Below, in pieces: positions 13,772 to 24,211 of a DNA stretch of 64,000 bases; within the stretch, counting starts at the first letter, position 1; each line of letters opens with the position of its first letter. A program made the position numbers and the translations under genes. The DNA lies in the NCBI GenBank assembly GCA_004022145.1, contig RCNU01000001.1; one strand, 5' to 3'. The notes below the pieces were generated by a model, which worked only from the letters and a program-made list of their open reading frames with translations, did not search any database and was not told the DNA's origin. Origin of the DNA: Paecilomyces variotii. Taxonomy: Eukaryota.

Positions 13772-14032
13772 CTTATCATTTGGTGGATCGATCGCGCCAG
13801 GAATGCGTGCGATCTTATCTGGGTGGCGCGCTAATCGCACCTTGACCGCCAGGAGCCCAGATTGGACAGCAACACGATCGCACTTCCATCCTGGTCGTGG
13901 TCGGCTCTTCAGATATTCATACTTTGTGGGCGGATCGGTCCTTCAAAGGAAGTGAGGGGCCCGTCGGGGAGAATTTGTTTCCTCGGTTCTTGGAGAACTT
14001 TGGTGGCTACTTATCGGAGATCGCGGCTTATC
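13772..14032. promoter_or_regulatory. Cluster of four CTTATC (GATAAG) boxes upstream of the GGT gene; putative AreA/NIT2 sites
   Basis: CTTATC at 13772, 13814, 14010 and 14027, all within 290 bp of the predicted ATG at 14053. Confidence 0.45.
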
Positions 14033-14052
14033 TCGTAGGTCATACTGTGATC

Positions 14053-16347
14053 ATGGCCGACGTCGTTAGGCAGACCTCCGAGAAAAGCCAGGTACGGTAT
14101 GGAACACTGTACTTAGTGAGAGGGGATGCTGACGGTGTACAGGCGGGCCAGAATATCGTACCCTTGAACCCGTCTGACAGCAGATCTCGGAGATGGTCGT
14201 CCACGGCAAGATCCCTAGGGATGGCGCTACTGATGGTTGTGTCGGCTCTCACACTGCTCAGTAACTTCGCCCGCGCACCTCCAGGGTTCCTGCAGAATCT
14301 ACCAGGAGGTTACCACGACAATAGAGAAGAGGGAAAGCTAGGCGCTGTGGCCAGTGAGAATGCGATCTGTAGCCGATATGGAACAGATATGCTCAAGATA
14401 GGCGGAAACGCTGCGGATGCCGTGAGTATCTTACCCCGGAAATGCGGGCCCTACAGGGATAGAAGAAACCGATGGCTGACACGAGAGATGGACAAATACA
14501 GTTGGTAGCAACGGTTTTCTGCGTGGGAGTGACCAGTAAGTGTGCCCCGACCACGCCATCGCAGCTTAAATGACGAATCCCGAAGCTACGGGCTAACTGG
14601 ACATCCACTCGACAGGCATGTATCACAGTGGCATTGGAGGTGGAGGCTTCATGCTGGTCCGCTCATCTGATAACGAATATGAGTTTATCGACTTTCGAGA
14701 GACGGCGCCGGCTGCGGCGTTCCAGGATATGTACAACAATAACACTAATTTGTCGGTATACGGTGGTTTGGCAAGGTATGCTAAATTATTCCACATACTA
14801 AGTACGTATATTGCCGCATCTGACCCTGATCGACAACTAGTGGAGTTCCTGGGGAAGTACGGGGCCTGGAGACTCTCCACCGCAAGTATGGCGTTCTGCC
14901 CTGGTCGACGGTGATGCAGCCCGCGATCCGGACGGCCCGCGAAGGATTCACTGTCGGTGAAGACCTTGTCAGGTACATGAATGCTGCCGTTGGTGACGGC
15001 GAAGACTTCCTCTCCAAGAACCCAACATGGGCCATCGATTTTGCACCAAATGGAACCCGGGTCGGACTGGGTGACACGATCACTCGGAAACGATATGCAG
15101 ACGCCCTCGAAAGAATCGCCAAACAGGGTCCAGATGCCTTCTATACCGGTTTTATCGCGGAGACGATGATCAATGCATTGCAAGCGGCAAATGGCACAAT
15201 GACATTAGAGGACTTGAAAAACTACACCGTTGCGTTCAGGAACATATCACAAATAGACTACCGCGGATATCAAATAACGAGCGGAACGGCTCCTTCAAGC
15301 GGAGTCATCGCCCTGAGTGCCTTGAAGATTCTAGAAGGCTACGGCGATTTTTTCACAGCCGAAAGCGTCAATCTCAGCACGCATCGTCTGGACGAGGCAT
15401 TGCGGTTTGCTTATGGACAGGTATGTTGCAGACCATGCGTAACCCTTCATCTACTCAATAACTAAATTTTCGTCAAAAAGAGGACAAACTTCGGAGACCC
15501 GTCATTTGTCGAAGGAATCTATGAATATGAGTACGATATATTGAAAAGCTCCACTGCGCAGAACATTCGTAGAAGGATATCCGACTTCCACACACAAAAT
15601 GTCTCTGCGTACAATCCTGACGGTATCGAGAGTCTTGAAACGTATGTAATACACAAAAATCGCCCATCATGCCGACAAGACGCATTCTAATCATCTCCCA
15701 GACCGGGAACATCCCACATAGTCGCGGCCGATCATACAGGTCTAGCTATCTCGCTCACTACGACGGTCAATCTCCTGTTCGGAAGCCAGTTGATGGTCCC
15801 TGAAACTGGCATTATCATGAATAACGAAATGGACGGTATGTCAAAGACATCATCTTCTGCAGGAATATAGATATCATTCGCTAATCTATACGATTCAGAT
15901 TTCTCCGTTCCTGGTAAATCCAACGCCTTCGGCTACGTACCCTCCCCAGCAAATTACATACGACCAGGCAAACGACCCCTATCCTCAATCACACCAGCGA
16001 TCGTGACCCATCCGAACGGAACTTTATTCTTCGTCGTCGGTGCCGCGGGAGGAAGCAGAATCATCACGTCAACTGTTCAGAACTTGATTCATGCCCTCGA
16101 TGAGAATCTTTCGGCCCCTGAAGCCTTGGCCAAGCCCCGTCTTCATGATCAGCTTATCCCGAACCAAGTTACCTTCGAATATTCTTACGATAACTCGACT
16201 GTGAGTTTTATGGAGAGTCGTGGACATAATGTCACCTGGGTTGCGCCGGTTGAGAGCTCTGCTCAAGCGATCCGCGTGTTATCGAATGGGACGTTTGATG
16301 CTGCGGGGGAGCCGAGACAGCGAGATTCTGGTGGATTCGCTGTTTAA
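14053..16347 (+). CDS. ggtA: Gamma-glutamyltranspeptidase with N-terminal signal anchor
   Basis: [41 protein letters not shown], nucleophile segment [52 protein letters not shown]. Multi-intron gene. Confidence 0.92.
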
Positions 16348-16802
16348 ATGTGTCATGGAAGCGGAGAAGAATGTCAATGGTTGCAAGGGGAGGAGGGGGG
16401 CCGAATGGACTGGATCTCACTCTTACTATATAAATTCCAGGGTATCATGCGGAAAAGATGGGCGTGGAATAGAGTTCGATATGGAGCATTCTAGACGGCG
16501 TTATGTTAAATTCTCTGGCAGTGCATCATGTCATGCCGAAATGGTTCTGGAAGATTTATATCGGTATATTATTATCCCTATTGATTTGGATCCTTTGCTT
16601 GATTATTACAAAATTTGCTATGTATATCCATTTACAAGGCCCTAGTCCCATAGAAGAATCAAGATATTCAACATTGAATTATGTGATCACAGAGTGCTTC
16701 CTGCTCTGTAGAAAGCGTAGTTTGAATTGTAAAGTTTTTACTAAACCGGCTAGTATCCAGAATCGAAGTTGATACTTGGTCAGATAAACTCATTCTCCCT
16801 CA

Positions 16803-19324
16803 TCACTGGGACTTTTTCGCAGCGGCGTTCTTAGACTGCCCCGCCACTGACAGCATCTGAATAAGTTTGACGCCAGCATCAATAGTCTGTTGGCTTGTTT
16901 TCTGCCAGGACCAGAATCGAGTGGCTTGTTCGGAAATTTGCAAGCGGCCACTGTTTGTTCGAGTAAACTTGGGAACGAACTCGTCCTCTAGGGTCACGAA
17001 ATTAGGCTTTTCACCCGTGAAGGCCGGATTTATCCCTTCGACTGAACCAGGGGGGATGCGCGAGTTACGTCGCGCCCGCGATAGCTTCGCAGCCTCATCC
17101 GAGAACGTCTCGAGGTAACGCTTCCGTATAGAATACCAGTATTGCTCCTCGCGGCGGAGAGTCTCGGCACCGATTTTCTGCAGAATAGTTCGGACCAGAA
17201 ATTTGGCAAGAAGAAATGCCTGTTCCGTAACGAATAGCGTCAATAGCAGAGATGACAGCTTCACTGTTTGGATATCACCTCGGTAAAGATGGACGATTGC
17301 CGCGCTGGAAAGGCCACCGAGCCAGGTGAGAAACTCAAGTACTTGAAGCCATGGTCCGATGGAATCAGCACGAATAGGAGGCGGTCGTTGACACTCCAAA
17401 CTAATCTTCAAGAAATCTCCGCGGAGTTCAATCCAGTTGTTGATTAAGAAGCCTAGAGGAACAAGTGGCCATGCTGCTCCGAACAGGACCAGGTAACCGA
17501 ACTGAAGACACATCTCCAGAATATCCTCCTGAACATCGTACAACTCAGCATCACACTGGTGTCTGACTGTTTTTAGGAATTGTGATTCCTCAGGCATGTC
17601 GTTCAGCAAAAGATCCAGAGTTTGGGAACGCGGACGTCGGCGAGCGTTGTTCTCTAATTTTCTGTTCTTGTACTCACGGTACATTCGCCAAAAGAGACGT
17701 TTGATGTACGGAATAACCATCTCTTCCCCAAAGCTTAATACCTGCGCAGTCACCGTGAGATATATAATCTCCTGCTGGAGTCGTGCTGGATCCACGTGAA
17801 GGTCTGGATAATGTTGCTCGGTTACCGGCCCACCCCACAGAAAGGAAGATCTTGCTGCCTTGACACGGAAAACGTCCAGGTACGGGACTATTTTGGCGCC
17901 GTAGGGGACGTAGATGAATGCCGTCAAAAATATCGGAAGAAATGAGGTAATAAAGTTGAGCACAAATGTCTTTTGGGTCAGCGCTCGTTCGTACTGGTCT
18001 GAAGTGCGATAATTCTCGTAATCGGTCAATCGAGTCCCGAGATCTGTAAGGAAATTGGTTATTGTTGGCGACAGAAGCGAGAGTATAACCGTGGGCAAAA
18101 GGTCCTAATCATGTATTAGACATTATATCAAATGCGTAGTTAAGCCAGGAGCACTTACCAAGTATATCTTGAAGGGTCCTTGGTACACCTCCGAGAGGAA
18201 TACTTCCATTGCAAATGTGAGGACGATCAAGACCCCCAGAACAGTACTGGCCAAAACTGCGAAGGGGAGCTGTAGAAGCTGACGAAGAATTTGTTTACTG
18301 GTTGAAAATTCCCGTCTGATCTCTCCTGTGACTGGATCTAGGACTTCTCTATCCCACTGATACTGTTCCCTGTTCACCTTGAGTGCCCCGACGCCTTTGA
18401 CGCCCCATCTAATGCTAAGGTCTTTTTCTTTCAGCTTCCAGTACTCCACGAAAACGAGACTCCATAAGCAAGTCAGCGCCGCAAACGTGATGGAGTACGG
18501 GCCCCAAAACGCCCAGCAGATGAATCCAGACACTGCTGGGAAAACTAAGAAAATCGAGTAGCATTGGATGAAAGCAAAATAATAGGCGACCTGGCAGATA
18601 GGTACTCAGCATAGATTCTTCTGCAGATTGCACTGTGGGCGATTACCTTTTCACCGAACAGACTCCGTATCTCATCGAAATCTTCCGCTCTCAGGATGGT
18701 CGCCTTGCTCCATCTACGGAGCAATTCATCGTTGGTGCTCTTGCTGTGAAGGGGAAACGAGGCCTTGACATTTGACCATTTTCCCAGGTTCGCGATGATG
18801 CCTGCACCGCCCTGTTCTTTTTGCCAAGTCACGAGATGGTAGATTGCTCGAAGCTCTTCCGCTTCGGTTTCTCCCTCGACGAGCGCGTGGGCATCATCAT
18901 CTGGGAACGCATGCGAAATGCCATACAACCAGTCTTTTACTCTGAGATCGATCTGTCAGTGCGGGAAGCCCCGCCACGCCACTGCATGCCACGAGGGTAG
19001 ATAGAGGGCTTACCTAGACTTGTACATCTCAGCTCCCAGCAGTTCCCGCGGTACCTTGACGAAGACGAGCAAAGAGGCGCCAGTGCCATGGCGCACTTCC
19101 ATCTGGAGACCGACCGCATCGAGATCATTGATCAGAGTCTTGAACTCCTCAATTGCTTGTTGAGTGCCTAGGACCAGTCAGCCGTCTTCCACAGGCGTCC
19201 CGACCGCACCTTGGCAGGCTAGCGCTTTCTTATCCATACCAACACCATCAAATTCATAGTGGATGACCCAATCCACCCCGAAATTCTCGTTCTCTGCCTG
19301 GTGCTGACCGAGAAACAGGGCCAT
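16803..19324 (-). CDS. Anoctamin / TMEM16 (Ist2-like) channel-scramblase
   Basis: Start MALFLGQHQAENENFGVDWVIHY. Motifs FPLH, IRSLFGEKVAYYFAF, EYWK, YENYRT, QKTFVLNF, EMCLQFGY, NNWIELRGD, RPPPIRADSIGPW. Several introns. Confidence 0.9.
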
Positions 19325-20190
19325 CCTTCCGTCATTGATCGAGAATGGGATCCAGACGGCGTGGGAGTTGAAATGAGAGAAAGAAACAAAGAATCGAAAA
19401 TTATCCTACGACAACGCTTTGACTAGCATAATAACAATCGACGTTAGGCGCGCCGAGGTCATCACCGTTCCACCCGTTAATGAGCGGACTTCAGAGCCCG
19501 CCTGTCCAGCGCTCGACAACGTGGCTAATTGGGTCGGGCGGGGAACAACTCGCTTGCTCAGAAACGACGGGCTCTTTCACCATTCAGCCCTAGAAGGCGA
19601 TTACGAATGCTAAATGCGGACGACAATCAATAATAGGTCACTGCAGAACCCGACTGCAGATCTGCCAGGTAACGAATAATCGATTGCTTTTCGAGCACCC
19701 ACGTGGATCTCGTTCAACTGTCGATGTCAATCCGGAAATACAATAATGATCGTCGGGGCTTCCCGAGACTGTTTAGAAACTAAGTACTCCTTAGTCCTGT
19801 ACTAGTTAACAAGGTTGGGAAAGGGGGACTATCTAGTTATCTCAACGATATGCGGAGTAATCTCTGGCTGAATACTGCTTCTAAAAAAAGGTCGGCGCTT
19901 AGTTAGTCGTTCATTCCATGGTAGTTAAACACGATGTCCGATGACACGTAAATCATGTCATCTCTAATGAACCAGTGTGGCGAGAAAGTTAAGGATGTGT
20001 ATTAGCAACAAGACGATACTTAGACCAGGCTCAGCGAGCCAGTGTCAGAATTATAGCCACAGTAAATCATTCGTGCGAAGCGTTACCAGTTTCTACCATA
20101 TACTCACCTGTGGTCAATATCCCGACCGAGGATAGCAGCCTGTAGCTTCCTTTCTATATCCCTATTTTAAGAAGTTTATCCATGTAATTA

Positions 20191-20991
20191 TTAAGTATCA
20201 AACTGAGTTTTTTTTTTCTTTACTTTAATTCCTAACTCCACATAATCTTCAGTCCCAATTCTCATGCTATCACCAATTCGATCGCCAAGATCCGAGTCTT
20301 CTCCGTTTCCCTCTTTATGGGATTCACAAGTGGATTCGGCCGCCTTATCAATAAACTGACTCTTTTACAGAGTCCTCTTGAATCGTTTTCTGACGCTACT
20401 AGCAATATTTATTTTCCTTTCCCGCTTGCGAATAGGGGCTGTGATTACATCCTCATTATCATCCTCAAGCTCAGATTCATCCGAGGGGAAAAAGTATGCA
20501 CGGAAATCTATGTAGTCCCCTTTCTCGTCAAAGACGCTATCTGATCCAGGATCCTCCCCCGATATATCGGAATCATTGGAGGCTTCTGACTTGCTTGTCT
20601 CGTACCACTCTTCTTCCACTGCGGGCTTCTATGAGTCAATCTTCTGTTTAGTAAAAGAACGATCTCTGTAGACAGCTTGTTCATTCGCCTCAAATATCCG
20701 ATAGCGTTCTAACACATGCAGATAGCCTGTCTCAACCTAGGTCTGAAGCTATTTACATTGCCATTTAGGTAAGAAATCTTTCTCCTGTATGCTCTCTTGA
20801 AGCCCTTTATTTCCCAGTCCTTCGATTTGAGAGCTCAAATTAATGATCATATGCCCATAGCGTAGCTCTACGAGACTGAGCCGGGCAATAAGATGTGGTC
20901 TGTGCGGCAACACCACCTCCGCGGAGTTCAGACTGAGCTGAGCTGAGCTGAGCTCTCCCAAAAAGTGAGACCTTGATCTCCCAGAGTCCAT
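20191..20991 (-). pseudogene. Probable decayed coding relic with RIP-like nonsense mutations; family unknown
   Basis: One reading frame continues about 267 codons through internal stops TAG (20751), TAG (20739), TAG (20631) and TAA (20367), with no TGA. It contains an acidic tract followed by basic KR clusters. Confidence 0.4.
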
Positions 20992-21287
20992 GGACTCTGG
21001 CTAGTCTACTCCACTCGGTTGATCACTCCTACGAGCTTGAACACCTCCATGCTCTCCTCAAGACTCTGGCTTATTCGAAAGGGGGTCCGTGGCTTTGAGT
21101 TTGGCTGAGCGGTTGAGTCGTTGCCTTCATTTCGACGGGACCTCCGGTAAAGATCCTCCTCTCATTGAACCTCTCTTGTCTGCTGTCTGATCCTTGTTGC
21201 CATCTGAGACGAGTCAACGAACCGACCGAAAAACGGGCCACCAGTGTTTCCAGCTTCCATTCAGCTACCACATACCCAGCGCTCGAC

Positions 21288-23431
21288 ATGGATCCTACGA
21301 TGCACGAAGCACCATCCATCGGCCATCAGTCTGCTGAGATCGAAGAACACACTTCAGCTGATACCAAGCAATTCTCTATTTACTCATATACAGGTAACAT
21401 AGCTGACTATGATGACGATGAGATCTTCTGCTCGCTCGACATGGACAAGGCGAACGAACTGGTCGGCTGGATTTTAAATCATCCTTTCTTACAATCCCGA
21501 AGTGGGAAAGCCTCAAAACGCCGTCGATTCTATGCGGAGATTCGTGACAAAGCAATACTGGCCGGAATGGACCCGTCTACCACGGAAGCTTTGTTGGTCT
21601 ACGTCGACAAGTTGTGTGCAGAGAGGCGGAATCGGTTTTCGCGCAAGAAGCCAGTCACACGCGATGAAGGGGTCGAACAGGGACGCAAAAATACAGAGAT
21701 CTTGAGCAAAGATGAGAAGAGACAAGGGCAGGAGACCATGCGAAACGTGGATGATGAGCCAGTGGAAAAACAGGACCACGTTTCAGTAATTCCTTTGCCT
21801 GTGGTGTCGGAACCACAGGAAATACAGCTAGACAAGCTCGACGATGAACCAGTGGAGTGTCTTCCAGAGGGACCTACTATACCACAGAATCACCCCCTGA
21901 CTGCAACTGATGGGAACGATAAGGAAGGTCCACTGACATCCAAGGATAAAGACCACTTTCCTTCTGGCTTCTATGATAAAAGCACTGCGGATGTTGCTGT
22001 CTCACCATCGCTGAAAACAAGGCAAAGAAATCATAGAAAGATGGAAGCCAGGAAAGCAAGGAGGGCCGAAAGGAGAGCAAGCTATCGGGCAGCGCACACA
22101 GCATCATCCAAAGATTCTCCACCCAGAGCTGGACGAAATCCTGCTCCAAAGGCGTCTGATCCGGATCGCAGCGCCCGTCAACCACTCCATGGTTTGGAGG
22201 ATACATTCTTGGATGGCTCGGGTTTTTAGACACCGATGATTCGCAAGGCATGACGGCAAGCGATGAGGTGATGTCAAAATACTTCAAAAAACCCCAGTTT
22301 CAAACCAAAAGACAGCGCGAGAGCCCACAACGAAAGAGTCCGATAGGCTCTACTAATTCCTTAGGAGTGACTCCTGTTTCGCAGGAAGTTATGGTATCCG
22401 CCCTCCTGGAGTTTGACTTCTTTCCCTCAGACTCGTCCTTGAGTGATGTACCAAGCGACGTGAGTTCAATCTTAGGGGATGGAGATGTTCCTGTGTTATC
22501 TCGTCAGGGCTTTTCAGGAGAGATCCAGTGTCCCACACCTTCTGAGTCGGAGCCTGTGACGCCAGTCAAAAACCCTTTAATCAGACCTCTCAGTCATCCT
22601 GGTCCGACAAATCGTGTGCAAGTCCCTAAGGTATCTCCGTATTTCCCAGGGCAGCCAAATCAACCTGAGTCCTGCCTTCCGTTCCCACCTATTTCTGCCT
22701 CTTCTTTTGGTCTGATCCAAGAGCAACTAGCGCATGACCCTTTTCGCCTGCTCGTCGCTACGATTTTTCTCAACAGGACTCGTGGCGGAGTAGCGATTCC
22801 CGTCCTCTTCAAAGTGTTCGAGAGGTATCCCACCATCGAATCTATGGCCGATGCAGACTTGACAGACTTGGTCGCCATGATCAATTGCCTGGGTTTTCAA
22901 AACCAACGTGCAAAGAAATGCATTGCACTGGCACAGACTTGGCTTGCAGCGCCTCCAACGAAAGGGCGGCGTTACCGCAAGTTACACTATCCGAAAAAGA
23001 TGGATGGTCGTGATGTCGGTATTAATGAATGCATTTCTGACGATGATCCTCGTGTCGCCTGGGAGATTGCTCATCTTCCAGGCGTTGGGGCCTACGCCAT
23101 CGATAGCTGGCGTATCTTTTGCCGCGATGAGCTACGCGGGCTATCTACGGACTGGAAAGGGGCCGGGGCCGAGGATGGTTTCACTCCTGAATGGAAATCC
23201 GTGCATCCTATGGACAAAGAACTGCGCGCCTATCTCACTTGGATGTGGCTCAAGGAGGGCTGGGTATGGGATCGAGAGACCGGGCGGCGACATCTGGCAG
23301 ACGACAAGCTGATGCGCGCCGCACGGAGAGGAGGCATCGCTCATGAAGAAGAAGGTCAGTGGGTTTTGGAAACATCTCCGGTAAAGGCAGCTGGATTTGC
23401 CAAGCGCATATTGGAAGATGATATGGCTTAA
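21288..23431 (+). CDS. MBD4-like HhH-GPD G:T/G:U mismatch DNA glycosylase with long disordered N-terminus; frame broken at about 22223-22229
   Basis: C-terminal ORF has FGLIQEQLAHDPFRLLVATIFLNRT, LGFQNQRAK, the HhH LPGVGAYAIDSWRIFC and DKELRAYLTW. The upstream ORF joins if one T is added to the T5 run at 22223-22227. The start codon and the joining are inferred. Confidence 0.75.
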
Positions 23432-24211
23432 CTGGGTTTCTTTGTGTGACCATTTTAGACGGGTTGTATAAGTGTTTTCACCTCCCAACAGGATTGGACT
23501 GTTTTGTGTAACGATAAATCGAATCAATATTCCGGTCATCTGCACAGCTCACTCTCTGTCGTAGTCTACTTGTATACTGTGCACCTAGATCCCGAGTGTC
23601 AAGCAGATCCAGATGATAGTCAGCCTAGTCTGGATGCGTGCCTGAGGCGTCAACTTGCTCGAGATCAACTCTCCGCCCAACACTTGCTTTCGGGCACTTC
23701 GCTTCTCTTGGGGATTATCTTTGGGTTCCCTTGCAGACTCCGGTCCCTGAACACTACATGAGTTAGCGAAGATACTGGTTCGATACTACTCTCTCGTCCC
23801 CGCCCTCCCACGTCACTGCGATTTCGCTTTCTGCTGCGGGACGCGGAGACTTCTCACCGCAACCAAGCGACACTTGAGGCACACAGACGGTTTACTTAGG
23901 CCCGCGGGCACGAACCAAACACTCAGCGAGCGCCCAAGTTATCCCCTTCCATCCTACAACCAGTGAAACGTACTCTTGCGGCGACCAAACCTGATCTAGA
24001 TGCTGCATCGTGTCGAACAGATCTGCTCCTGGACAAGACGAGCAGCAGGCTTCCAACGGCGTCAGGCACGGGCTGAGCGATATTCTCCCTGCAGCTGCTA
24101 GGCGCCGTGCCCCTTTCACAGTCACCCTACGAAGCGCCGCGCTACAACTAGACGAAACGCCGATTCGGAGGCGAAAGAGGGACACGTGGGACCGCGGCCA
24201 CTTTGTGCGCC

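Noticed and set aside
9099-16347. Possible secondary-metabolite cluster (MFS, monooxygenase, GGT)
   Set aside because: No PKS, NRPS, terpene cyclase, DMATS or cluster Zn2Cys6 regulator in the window.
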